DNA from: Candidatus Multivoradales bacterium
GTDB taxonomy: Bacteria > Acidobacteriota > Thermoanaerobaculia > Multivoradales > Multivoraceae
DNA length: 64,000 nt
Direction: 5' to 3'
Assembly (NCBI GenBank): GCA_965223325.1
Contig: CBDCWI010000002.1
Location: 4,352,001 to 4,416,000, forward strand
Notes under the pieces: generated by a model
Told to the model about the DNA's origin: nothing
Databases searched by the model: none
The model's input: only the letters and a program-made list of their open reading frames with translations
Part shown: positions 29,180 through 40,452 of the stretch, piece by piece
How the letters are laid out: the number at the start of each line of letters is the position of its first letter
How positions within the stretch are numbered: position 1 is the stretch's first letter
Made by a program: the position numbers and the translations under genes

Positions 29180-31024
29180 ATGAACGACGAAGAGCCTCGC
29201 CGGGCACCCTCGGCGATCGCGAAGGACTATCAGGCCCGTTTGGCCGAGCGCACCGCGTCAGCTGAGAGTGCGGCACGGGCAGAGTTCTGGATCTCGGTTT
29301 CCAGACTGGTGGTTTTTGTAGCCGGGCTCGTCGCTGCCTGGCTGTCGCTCCAGTCCGGCTGGTTCAGCCCCTGGTGGCTCTTGCTGTTCGTCGCTCTCTT
29401 TCTCGTCCTGGTCACGGTTCATGAGCGTGCACTCAGGCGCCGCACCCGCTCCGACCGAGCGGTCAGCTACTACGAGGCCGGTCTCCGTCGACTGGCATGG
29501 GATGAGGGCACCGGAGAGTGGCCCGAGGTTTCTGCCAACGGTGAGCGCTACCGCGAGAACCTGCATCTCTACGCCGATGACCTCGACCTGTTCGGTTCGC
29601 GCTCGCTATTCGAACGCCTTTCGGTGGCGCGCACCAGGGTCGGTCAGGACGTTCTGGCTGGGTGGCTGCGGGCGCCGGCGGAGCCGAGTGAGGTTCGCGC
29701 CCGGCAGGCTGCCGTGGCCGAGGTTGCAAAACGCCCCGACCTGCGCGAGCGGCTGTGGGTCCTCGGCGGCGAGATCGAAGGCGGCATGGATGCCAAGCGC
29801 CTGATCGAGTGGTCGGGTAGTCAGCGCAGTCTTCCAGCCTGGCTTCGGTGGCCGGCGCTGGCTCTGGTCCTCGCCAACGCGCTGACCCTCATCGCTTGGG
29901 GGTTCTTCAGCCAGGGACCGCGGCCGTTTCTCTATCTGTTGGTCCTCGACGCGGCGGTGTTCACGGCCGTGCGTACGCGTTTCGCGGCGGCGATCAACGG
30001 GGTCGAAAAGGCGAGCCGTGATCTCTACTTGATGGCTGAGTTGCTGGTTTCGCTCGAAGGCGAGACCGCAGAGTCTCCGTGGATGACCGCACGAATCAGC
30101 GAGTTGGGCCGCGGAGCAGATGCTGCGGGTCGTCGCATCCAAAGCCTGCGACGCCTGGTCGAGTTGTTGGACTCGCGACGGAACCCCTTCTTCGCGCCCT
30201 TTGGAGCGCTCCTCTGGTGGGGTACCCATCTCGCCCTTTCTCTCGAGAACTGGCGTGAGGAGGTGGGGCCCCGTGTTGCGCGCTGGGTGGAGATCGTCGG
30301 CGAACTCGAAGCCTTGTCATCGCTGGCGCACTGGCGGGCCGAAAACGAGGCGTTTTCGACCTTTCCCGAGATCGCTCCCAACGACGGGGGTGTTTTGCCA
30401 TCGGTAGAAGGAGAGAAACTGAACCATCCCTTGCTTTCACGGGCGGCGAGTCGAGCCAACGACATCAGCCTCGGAGGGGCGGAGGCGCCACAGGGTTACA
30501 TCGTCAGTGGGTCGAACATGTCGGGGAAGAGCACCTACCTGCGCACCGTTGGCCTGCAGGCGGTCCTCGCGCTTGCCGGTGGGGCAGTGCCGGCGGAGCG
30601 CTTTCGCATCGCTCCGGTCGCCATCGCGTCGTCGATCCGGATCAACGACTCGCTCGCCGAAGGTGCTTCTCGCTTCTACGCCGAGATAAAGCGGCTTCGT
30701 CAGGTGCTCGATGCGACGGCCGGCGAGCGGCCGGTCCTCTTCCTGCTCGACGAGATTCTGCACGGCACCAACTCTCATGATCGCCGGATTGGTGCCGAGG
30801 CCTTTACCCGCAGCATGCTCGATCGTGGGGCCGTGGGTTTGGTGACGACGCACGACCTGGCGCTCGCCGCAATCGCTGAAGATCCCGACCTGCACCTGCG
30901 CAACGTCCACTTCGATGATCGCGTCGAAGAGGGCCGGATCGTGTTCGACTATCAGTTGCGCGACGGTGTCGTCACGCGGAGCAACGCCTTGGCTCTGATG
31001 CGCGAGGTCGGTCTCGAGGTCTGA
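29180..31024 (+). CDS. Membrane-anchored MutS domain V family ATPase
   Basis: TM segments; motifs DLDLFG, GSNMSGKST, SRFYAE, DEILHGTNS and TTHD. Confidence 0.9.
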   Translation: MNDEEPRRAPSAIAKDYQARLAERTASAESAARAEFWISVSRLVVFVAGLVAAWLSLQSGWFSPWWLLLFVALFLVLVTVHERALRRRTRSDRAVSYYEAGLRRLAWDEGTGEWPEVSANGERYRENLHLYADDLDLFGSRSLFERLSVARTRVGQDVLAGWLRAPAEPSEVRARQAAVAEVAKRPDLRERLWVLGGEIEGGMDAKRLIEWSGSQRSLPAWLRWPALALVLANALTLIAWGFFSQGPRPFLYLLVLDAAVFTAVRTRFAAAINGVEKASRDLYLMAELLVSLEGETAESPWMTARISELGRGADAAGRRIQSLRRLVELLDSRRNPFFAPFGALLWWGTHLALSLENWREEVGPRVARWVEIVGELEALSSLAHWRAENEAFSTFPEIAPNDGGVLPSVEGEKLNHPLLSRAASRANDISLGGAEAPQGYIVSGSNMSGKSTYLRTVGLQAVLALAGGAVPAERFRIAPVAIASSIRINDSLAEGASRFYAEIKRLRQVLDATAGERPVLFLLDEILHGTNSHDRRIGAEAFTRSMLDRGAVGLVTTHDLALAAIAEDPDLHLRNVHFDDRVEEGRIVFDYQLRDGVVTRSNALALMREVGLEV

Positions 31025-31062
31025 GGACAGCGACCCCGTACCAGTTCTTCCTCGTGAGGGCC

Positions 31063-32193
31063 CTAGCGCGGTGGCGGTGGTGGAACCCGGAGCCGGCGGA
31101 CGACGACCAGACTGAAGTCATCTTCGAGTCGGTTCTCGCCCAGGTGCCGTTCGAGCTCCTGATGGATGCGCGCGTGAATCTCGTCTGCTGAACCTTCGTT
31201 GCGAAGAAGCTCACGCAGCCGCTGGTAGCTGAAAGCGCGGCCACTCTCGTCGACCGCTTCAGGAAGACCGTCGCTGAACAGGACCAGGGTGTCGCCAGGT
31301 TCGAGTGTGATGCGGCCGGTTGCGGGCACTGTTTCGACGCGGAGTCCAAGGGGCAGGGCGCCGTCGCCGACCTCCAGGACCGTGCCGTTGGCACGTCGTA
31401 GGAGCGGGTACGGGTGACCGGCAGACGCCCAGTCGAGCGCTCCGCTTTCCCGATCGAGCACCGAGTAGAAAAGGCTCATGAAGTCGCGCCGGCCGCCGGT
31501 GCGGTAGAGCGCCCGGTTGATGACCTCGAGAACCGGTTCGGGCGCCGTGTTCTCGTCCATCGCCAGGCGGAGGCTGGCGTGGGCGATCGCCATCACCAGG
31601 CCGGCGGCGAGGCCGTGCCCGCTGGCGTCGCCCACCAACAAGGCGAGGCGACCGTCGGGGAGCTCGAGGAAGTCGTAGTAGTCGCCACCCACGGTGTTGG
31701 CGGTGCGCCAGGAGTGGGCGATGCGCCAGTCACGATGCTCTGGTGCCTCGAGCGGCAACAACTGGAGTTGCAGGTCGCGCGCCACTTCGAGCTCGTCGCG
31801 CACTCTGACCTGGTCGACCAGTTCGAGAACCAGCAGAAACACCAGGCCGCTGATTGCGACCAGGAACCAGAAGCCGCTCGCCTCGATGACCAGCCGCTGG
31901 TTGATGAACTCCGGCGCGAGGTCGAGCGCGCCAAAGGCGGTCGCGAGAAGGCAGCCGACAAAGAGCAGTCGCCGCGCCGGCGTCAAACGGTAGGCGATCC
32001 CGAGGAACAGCACCTTGGCGCGGTGCAGGAAACGCGAGAACTCCTGCTGAGGCTCCGGGGCGGTCTCGTCGCGCGCCAGGACCCGGTAGGCCTCGGGCGC
32101 GTCGGCGTGAAAGAGCCGGCGAACGTCCTGGGAACGGACGCCCCCCGCAAAGTCCCGGATGAACTTCTGTGACTCCTCGACACGACGGCGCAT
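31063..32193 (-). CDS. PP2C/SpoIIE family phosphatase with an N-terminal membrane region
   Basis: Motifs VGGDYYD, GDASGHG, SAGH, FSDGLPE and EDD. Confidence 0.93.
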   Translation of the reverse strand: MRRRVEESQKFIRDFAGGVRSQDVRRLFHADAPEAYRVLARDETAPEPQQEFSRFLHRAKVLFLGIAYRLTPARRLLFVGCLLATAFGALDLAPEFINQRLVIEASGFWFLVAISGLVFLLVLELVDQVRVRDELEVARDLQLQLLPLEAPEHRDWRIAHSWRTANTVGGDYYDFLELPDGRLALLVGDASGHGLAAGLVMAIAHASLRLAMDENTAPEPVLEVINRALYRTGGRRDFMSLFYSVLDRESGALDWASAGHPYPLLRRANGTVLEVGDGALPLGLRVETVPATGRITLEPGDTLVLFSDGLPEAVDESGRAFSYQRLRELLRNEGSADEIHARIHQELERHLGENRLEDDFSLVVVRRLRVPPPPPR

Positions 32194-32272
32194 GGTCTTA
32201 GGTACGGCCCTCGTAGCGGGGAGTTTCGTCAGTCTGGCTTCATCCCCGCTTCGGGGCCGCCCGGCGAAGGCC

Positions 32273-32599
32273 CTACTTGAACAGTGACTGCAGCTTCATG
32301 GCGAGGCCCATATCGCCACCAATCCGGAGCTTGCCGCTCATGAAAGCCGCCATGCCGTCGAGGTTGCCGCCGATCAGGTCGACGAAGTCGGGAGCGTCCA
32401 TGGTGACGGTCATGGTCGGGCTATCCGACTCACCCTCGACGACTTCGCATGCGCCGTCCTTGATGATGCAGTAGTACTTCCCGCCGTCATCACCGGTGAG
32501 GTCGTACTGAATGGTCGAGTCCATGCCGGCGGCAGTCTCGGTGTTGAGACGACTCGGCATCGAGTCGAAGATTTCTTTGACAGCGGCTGCTGTGCTCAT
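32273..32599 (-). CDS. SCP2 sterol/lipid-binding domain protein
   Basis: Motif AFMSGKLRIGGDMGLAMKL. Confidence 0.92.
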   Translation of the reverse strand: MSTAAAVKEIFDSMPSRLNTETAAGMDSTIQYDLTGDDGGKYYCIIKDGACEVVEGESDSPTMTVTMDAPDFVDLIGGNLDGMAAFMSGKLRIGGDMGLAMKLQSLFK

Positions 32600-32655
32600 C
32601 GGGTGATCTCCTCGGTTGGTTGTCGTTGTTCTGATTATAGATTCGTCGGCTCGAG

Positions 32656-33480
32656 TCAGGTTGGCGAACGCTCGAGCAGCTTGTCGAGCTCGGCACCGGC
32701 GAGGAGCTCGGAAGTCCAGTCGAAGAGCCCCTCCTGCATCTCCAGCGCTGCTTGCAACCAGCCTCCGACGGCTGCGCGCGCCAGGGCCCCACCGACGCTC
32801 AGGCGCCGCGCTCCCGCGGCTTCGAGTTGACCCAGGGATGCCCCGGGCACCATCGGGGCGAGCACGTTGATCGGCCGGCTCACTGCCTCGGCTAGAGCCT
32901 GCACCTGCTCGGGGGTCGAGAGCCCCGGTGCATACAGCACGTCGGCCCCCACCTCTTCGAAGGCCTGCAGGCGCCGCAGGGTGTCGTCGAGATCAGGGCG
33001 GCCGTGCAGGAAGTTCTCGGAGCGGGCGGTGAGGGTGAATTGGAAGTCGAGCTCCCGGGCCGCTTCGACGGCGGCATGGACGCGCTCGACGGCGTGGTCG
33101 AAGTCGTAGATCGGGGAGTACCGGTCGCCGGAGAAGTCCTCGATCGACCCGCCGACAATGCCCGTCTCGGCCACCGCGCGGATCGCACCTGCCGCGTCGG
33201 CCGGTTCGGGTCCGAAGCCGTTTTCGAGGTCGGCGCTGACCGGCAGGTCGCTGGCCGCGACCAGGCTGCGGCAATGCTCGACTTTCTCAGCCAGCGTCAC
33301 CTGGCCATCGGTGCGACCCAGGGTGTTGGCAAAACCTGAGCTGGTGGTTGCCAACGCCTCGAAACCGAGAGCTTCGAGGATGCGTGCCGAGCCACCGTCC
33401 CAGGGATTGGGGATCACAAAAGCATGCGAGCGCTCATGGAGTTGCCTGAAGACCTGCGCCTTGGCTTTCTGGTTCATCAT
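32656..33480 (-). CDS. Isocitrate lyase/PEP mutase family protein
   Basis: Motifs PNPWD, ATTSSG, SADLENGF, SIED and GADVLYAPG. Confidence 0.92.
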   Translation of the reverse strand: MMNQKAKAQVFRQLHERSHAFVIPNPWDGGSARILEALGFEALATTSSGFANTLGRTDGQVTLAEKVEHCRSLVAASDLPVSADLENGFGPEPADAAGAIRAVAETGIVGGSIEDFSGDRYSPIYDFDHAVERVHAAVEAARELDFQFTLTARSENFLHGRPDLDDTLRRLQAFEEVGADVLYAPGLSTPEQVQALAEAVSRPINVLAPMVPGASLGQLEAAGARRLSVGGALARAAVGGWLQAALEMQEGLFDWTSELLAGAELDKLLERSPT

Positions 33481-35441
33481 GGGGGCCCTTCCGAAGGTGG
33501 CCCGCCCCGCATCTCGACAGGCTCGATTTCATCGGCGGCTTCGAAACCGAAGATCCGGGCGTAGAACCAGAGCTCTGCCTCGAGAGCCCGCACGATGTTT
33601 TCGGCCTTTCGGAAGCCGTGCTGCTCGCCCTCGAACGACACGTAGGCGACCGGTACCCCCTTCTCGGCCAAAGCGGCGACCATGGCCTCCGCCTGGTTGG
33701 GCGGCACGATCTTGTCTTCGGTGCCTTGAAAGAAGATCACTGGGCAGTCCAGGCCCTGGGCGGCATGAATCGGTGAGCGCTCACGATAGAGGTCGGAGCG
33801 TTCGGGATAGGGACCAATCAGGCCATCGAGGTAGCGCGCTTCGAACTTGTGTGTGTCGCGTGCCAGTGCCTCGAGGTCGGCGACGCCGTAGTGGCTGGCC
33901 CCGGCCGAGAAGACGTCGCGAAAGGCGAGTGCTGCGAGGGTCGTGTAGCCGCCGGCGCTGCCGCCCCGAATCGCCAGCCGCCTGCCGTCGACCTCACCAC
34001 GTTCTGCCAGCCAGGTGGCGGCGGCGACGCAGTCGTCAACGTCCTTGATGCCCCAGTTGCCGCGCAGGCTGTGCCGGTAGTCGCGACCGAAACCGGTGCT
34101 GCCGCGGTAGTTGACGTCGACCACCGCAAAGCCGCGGCTGGTCCAGAACTGGATGCCGGCGCTGTAGTCGTTGGTGGTCATGGCAGTGGGGCCGCCGTGG
34201 CTCTTGACGATCAAGAGCGGCTTCTCACCGGCGCGGCCTTCGAAGTCTTCGTTCCGGGGTGGATAGAAGAAGGCGTGCGCGGTGTCGCCGTCGGTGGTTG
34301 GAAAAGAAACCGGTTGACCGGCGGAGACATAGCGCGGGTCGGGCGCGGCCGAGAGGGCGTGGACCTTCTCGTGGGTTCTGCGATCGACATCGATGGTGAC
34401 GACCGCGGGCGGCTGCTCTGGCCCGGCAGCGATCAAGACAGCGTGGCCGGAAAGATCGGCCTCTACCCCGTCGAGAACCGTGAAGGGGAGCTCGAGCTCG
34501 CGCATCGTCCGGTCCCCGAGGTCGAGAATGCCAGCACTCCATTCCCCACCCTGGCACCAGATGGTGAGTAGCCGGTTCTCTGTTGTCGCGGCCCAGGTCG
34601 ACATGCGAAACACCCAGTGGGGAAGGCCAAACGATCGCTCCCCCGGAGCGAGCGCAATGGTGTCGCCGTTTGTCTCGCGGAGGTAGAGGTTCCAGAAGCC
34701 CGAGCGATCTGAAACGTAGACCGAGCGACCGTCGGGAAGGTAGCCGGGTGCGAAGATCGCCTCATGGCGACTGCCGGCGATGCAGCGCGGCTCCTCGAGC
34801 TGCCCCGACTCGTTCAGGGCGCCTTCCCAGAGCTCGGTTCCATCCCACGGCATGTCGGGATGATCCCAGCTGAGAAACAGGAGCGTTCCTTCGTCGGGCG
34901 AGAGGCGGGGCGTAGAGTAGAAGTCGTGCCCGCTCGCCAGCCTTTGAATGGCGTTCTCGTCGTCTGCGGCGCGGCCGTCGACCGGGATTGCCGCCAGGGT
35001 GGCCTCAGGCTCGTGGGCGGCGGCCGAAGGAGCTTCGCGGACTGCGATGAGGCGTTGGCGTCTGCGATCGAGTATCAGGTCGGCAAACGATCCGCTGTCT
35101 TCTGGCGTGAGGGGCGTGGGGTCGCCTTCCGTCAAAGACTGGCGATAGATGCGTTGATCGGCGAAGTTGCAGAAGTAGACCGTGCCACCAGCGACCAGGT
35201 AGCTGCCGCCACCGTACTCATGCACACGCGAACGTGCATTCCAGGGCGCTGGCAGGAGATCGCGCGTCTGACCATCTCGCCACTCGACGATTGCCGAGCG
35301 CCCGCCCTCGGCGGGACGGCCCTCGAGCCAGTAGAGGGCGCCGTCAACGCGCGACGGCTCGACCAACCGACCCGCAGCGCTGGCGGCGTGGGCAGCCGAA
35401 ACGGGAGATGTCCAACTACCGAACGGTGCTTGCTTTGGCAT
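33477..35441 (-). CDS. S9 family peptidase (prolyl oligopeptidase/acylaminoacyl-peptidase)
   Basis: Motifs HGGPT, GGSAGG, DKIVPP and EQHGF. Confidence 0.95.
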   Translation of the reverse strand: MPKQAPFGSWTSPVSAAHAASAAGRLVEPSRVDGALYWLEGRPAEGGRSAIVEWRDGQTRDLLPAPWNARSRVHEYGGGSYLVAGGTVYFCNFADQRIYRQSLTEGDPTPLTPEDSGSFADLILDRRRQRLIAVREAPSAAAHEPEATLAAIPVDGRAADDENAIQRLASGHDFYSTPRLSPDEGTLLFLSWDHPDMPWDGTELWEGALNESGQLEEPRCIAGSRHEAIFAPGYLPDGRSVYVSDRSGFWNLYLRETNGDTIALAPGERSFGLPHWVFRMSTWAATTENRLLTIWCQGGEWSAGILDLGDRTMRELELPFTVLDGVEADLSGHAVLIAAGPEQPPAVVTIDVDRRTHEKVHALSAAPDPRYVSAGQPVSFPTTDGDTAHAFFYPPRNEDFEGRAGEKPLLIVKSHGGPTAMTTNDYSAGIQFWTSRGFAVVDVNYRGSTGFGRDYRHSLRGNWGIKDVDDCVAAATWLAERGEVDGRRLAIRGGSAGGYTTLAALAFRDVFSAGASHYGVADLEALARDTHKFEARYLDGLIGPYPERSDLYRERSPIHAAQGLDCPVIFFQGTEDKIVPPNQAEAMVAALAEKGVPVAYVSFEGEQHGFRKAENIVRALEAELWFYARIFGFEAADEIEPVEMRGGPPSEGPP

Positions 35442-35551
35442 ACCCGGAGGCTACCCCGTGGTGGGGTCCTAGGGTATTCAGCCAGCCGCCGCCCTGACAC
35501 GCAACGACTGGGGACTAAGTAGCGAGCGTGATCATCATCACCCGATCGCTC

Positions 35552-35717
35552 CTAGTACCCCGTACCATTGAACCGCACAGCGTCTGCGCGGTCCTCGCGC
35601 TCGATCTCTGTGTTGTCACTCCTCGACAGATCACCAATATGCCTGCGTCGTGACGCCTTGATCTCGAGCACGATCATCCGCTCAGCCACTATCCGTTTCA
35701 ATGGTACGGGGTACTAG
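35552..35717. mobile_element. MITE (166 bp including the flanking CTAG)
   Basis: Perfect 21-bp terminal inverted repeats CTAGTACCCCGTACCATTGAA / TTCAATGGTACGGGGTACTAG; no ORF. Confidence 0.8.
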
Positions 35718-36613
35718 AAACTCCAGGTGCCGTAGAGCTCGGTGACCGCGCCTTCGATTTCATGCCCCACGGTGTGCTGCAGGGCAATGCGGCTCACCCC
35801 GTCGTCCCACTGCAGGCGCAGATTGGTGGCACCGCTGTCGAAAGACTGGCGGGTCGAGAAGCTCATCTGTGACAACAGGCGTGACGGCGTGCCGGCGATG
35901 CGGAACTTGATGCCGACGTAGGTGTCATGGCCGAGGCTGGCGCGGGGAGAGACACGCAGGCGGGGGTGTTCGAGGTTGCGGTAGCGCGCGTTGCGTTTCT
36001 CGCGATGCTCCTCTTCGAGACGCGAGAAACCCACCCGGTGCTCGACCCAGTTGCGCACCAGCTTGCCGAGGTTGCTGCGGAAGGTGCTCGAGACTCGGTC
36101 GTAGCGATCGGTGCGGCCGTAGAGTTCGGAATTCCAGCCGTAGGTCGGGTCGAGCTCCATCAGGTCGAGGTCGAAGCGTGCGCGTTCGAGATCGCGCCAG
36201 CGGCTCTCGCCGAGGACCGAGCGGTAGTAGTCACGCTGGCGGTTTGCGGCGATCAAGTCGTCGATGGGAGGGGCGTAGAGGTCTGCCCTGGTGCCGCGGC
36301 CCCGCTGGATGCCGGGCAGACTCGAGGCTGCGCTGGGGAACATGCCGTTGCCGAGAAGCAGGCGATCGCGCACGCGCTGGTGGGTCTGAACCGCCTGAGT
36401 CTCTGTTTCCTGGGACCCTGTTTCTTGGGACTCTGTTTCTTGGGACGCGGACACCGCGTCGGCTGCGGGCTGAGCCTTCTCGGACTGAGCGCTCACCGGT
36501 CTGGTCGGGATCAGCAGTAGGGCCAGGAGCCCCAGCGCCAGGGCGGCCAAGCCACGACGGGCAAGAACCCGGGATGGGGCAGCGGAGGCTGGGTGTTTTG
36601 CTGGGGCGTTCAT
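35714..36613 (-). CDS. Exported hypothetical protein, possibly outer-membrane
   Basis: Signal peptide, SQET(E/G) x3, beta-strand-like C-terminus ending YGTWSF. Confidence 0.7.
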   Translation of the reverse strand: MNAPAKHPASAAPSRVLARRGLAALALGLLALLLIPTRPVSAQSEKAQPAADAVSASQETESQETGSQETETQAVQTHQRVRDRLLLGNGMFPSAASSLPGIQRGRGTRADLYAPPIDDLIAANRQRDYYRSVLGESRWRDLERARFDLDLMELDPTYGWNSELYGRTDRYDRVSSTFRSNLGKLVRNWVEHRVGFSRLEEEHREKRNARYRNLEHPRLRVSPRASLGHDTYVGIKFRIAGTPSRLLSQMSFSTRQSFDSGATNLRLQWDDGVSRIALQHTVGHEIEGAVTELYGTWSF

Positions 36614-36904
36614 GGCATCGTCTACTAACGGAAGGAGTCCGACTTGTTACACACTGCCGGTTGGGGCAATGAACGGGAACTCTGGACGCCAGTGTGGGAT
36701 CGACGGACCCGTCCGTGGGGGAAGACCGTCATGCCGTTCTAGCATATCCGACTCACCGGTCAGTCCGCACCCACCACTTTCACCCACAATCTTTGCAACC
36801 CGGCTGCCAGGTCGCACAGCTCCGTGCCGATGGGCCTTTGCGCCCTATCTTCGCCCGCTCTGAGGCACTGGTTGGACAGCTCTGTTCCCATGGTGAACAA
36901 CTTT

Positions 36905-38593
<1,689 letters not shown>

Positions 38594-38721
38594 GGACGGT
38601 CTCCGGACCACGAGTCTCTGGTCCTCTCCAGAGTTGAAGGGGCGGTGCGGTCGCTAAGATGTCCGAAACTCCCTCCAGGAACGGAGTCCCTTAGAAACGA
38701 TCAGGCGTCGAGGAGTCTCGT

Positions 38722-40452
38722 ATGCGCGCACTCTATCTGTTGAATTCGGCTGTCGTGGTCCTCGCTCTGGCGCTTTTTCTGCCCGGTTGCAGCGAGGAAG
38801 CGGGTACGAGCGACGGGCGCTCGACTGCCGCTCCCGGTGACACTCGGGAGACGGCCTGGGAGACGGTTGTTACGGGTCGCCCCTACGGCGAGGGTTTCCA
38901 TGGGGTGCATGGGGTGACCTTTGCGCCAGACGGGCACCTGCTTGCGGGGAGCGTTGTCGGCCAGGCGATCTACCGTGTCGACGTTGATGCCGCGGGCGGC
39001 GACGTGGAGTTGTTCGTTCCGCCGCCGTTCGGTATGGCCGACGATCTCGAGTACAGCCCCGACGGGTCGAAACTGGCCTGGACGGCGTTCCTGCTCGGCA
39101 AGGTGTTCGTCCGCGAGGGCGAAGGAGGCGAGATCATGACCGTGGCGGAGAACCTTCCCGGCACCAACTCGACCGCCTGGAGTACCGACGGGCGCTTGTT
39201 TTTCACTCAGGTCTTCGCCGGTGACGCCATGTGGGAGGCTGATCCTTCGGGGGCCGAGCCGCCGCGCCTGGTCGCAGAGGACCTCGGGGGTTGGAATGGG
39301 TTCGACTTCGGCCCCGACGGCCTGATCTACGGGCCGATCTGGAACAAGGGCCAGGTGGCGCGCATCGACCCGGATGGCGACCCGGCGATCTCGACCGTCG
39401 AGGTCGTCGCCGACGGTTTCGAGATTCCGGCAGCCGTCAACTTCGATTCAGCCGGCAACCTCTGGGTCGTCGATACGGCGGCCGGCCATGTGGTGCGGGT
39501 CGACGTTGCAACCGGTGAGAAGACCGTTGTCGCCGAGGTCGCGTCTTCGATCGACAACCTGGCGATCGGTCCACAGGATCGCTTGGTGATCTCGAACATG
39601 GCCGACAACGGCCTCTACGAGATCGATACACAGAATGGCAGCGTGCGAACGATCGTCGAAGAAACGCTCTCCGTGCCGTCGGGAATCGCCGCCTGGGGCG
39701 GCACCCTGCACGTGGCCGATACCTTCGCCTACCGCACCGTGGACCTGGCGAGCGGCACGGTCACCGACGCGCGCCGCATGTGGGGCAACAGTCTCGAGGA
39801 GATCGACTACCCGATCGGCGCTTTCGCCGACGGGAACTCTGTTCTCCTGACGTCATGGACATCAGGAACGGTGCAGGTCATCGATCGGCGCACGGGCGAG
39901 ACCGAGGTCATGCTCCATGGTTTCCTCGGACCGGTCGGAAGTGTTCGACTCTCGAGCGGCACCCTGGTCGTCGCAGAGGCCGGAAGTGGCCGCCTTCTGA
40001 CCCTCGACCTCGAGGAGCCCGACGCGCGTCATGTCGTTCGCGACGACCTGGTGGGCCCAGCCGGGATTGCGGTGGCCGACGGGGGCTCGGTCTGGGTGAC
40101 CGAAACCGGAGCCGGGCCCGATGCCGGCACGTTGACGCGGATTGATATCGCGAGCGGCGAAGAGGAGGTCGCCTTGAGTGACCTCTCGGGCCCGGAGGGT
40201 CTGGCGCTCACCGATGACGGACGCGTCTTGCTGCTCGAGAGCGGCGGCCGTCGTCTGGTGGCGTTCGATCCTGTGACGTCTCAGAGGGTCATCCTCGCCG
40301 ATGACCTGCCCGTCGGCCTGGCCGGGCCGCCAGGAACGCCACCAGCCTTCATCGCCAGCGGTGTGGCCGTCTCCGACGGCCAGGTCTACTTCTCGTCCGA
40401 CCTCGAGAACGCCATCTACCGCGTGCCGCTGCCACCCGAGCCGGCGGGTTGA
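38722..40452 (+). CDS. Beta-propeller lipoprotein (SMP-30/NHL-like)
   Basis: Lipobox LPGC; repeated blade motifs (GFDFGPDG, PAGIAV, PEGLAL). Confidence 0.8.
   Translation: MRALYLLNSAVVVLALALFLPGCSEEAGTSDGRSTAAPGDTRETAWETVVTGRPYGEGFHGVHGVTFAPDGHLLAGSVVGQAIYRVDVDAAGGDVELFVPPPFGMADDLEYSPDGSKLAWTAFLLGKVFVREGEGGEIMTVAENLPGTNSTAWSTDGRLFFTQVFAGDAMWEADPSGAEPPRLVAEDLGGWNGFDFGPDGLIYGPIWNKGQVARIDPDGDPAISTVEVVADGFEIPAAVNFDSAGNLWVVDTAAGHVVRVDVATGEKTVVAEVASSIDNLAIGPQDRLVISNMADNGLYEIDTQNGSVRTIVEETLSVPSGIAAWGGTLHVADTFAYRTVDLASGTVTDARRMWGNSLEEIDYPIGAFADGNSVLLTSWTSGTVQVIDRRTGETEVMLHGFLGPVGSVRLSSGTLVVAEAGSGRLLTLDLEEPDARHVVRDDLVGPAGIAVADGGSVWVTETGAGPDAGTLTRIDIASGEEEVALSDLSGPEGLALTDDGRVLLLESGGRRLVAFDPVTSQRVILADDLPVGLAGPPGTPPAFIASGVAVSDGQVYFSSDLENAIYRVPLPPEPAG

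Noticed and set aside
36396-36445. 15-bp tandem repeat encoding SQET(E/G)
   Set aside because: Ordinary low-complexity linker after a signal peptide
36660-36900. Possible riboswitch or ncRNA in the intergenic region downstream of ilvD
   Set aside because: No recognisable conserved motif; an Rfam search would be needed
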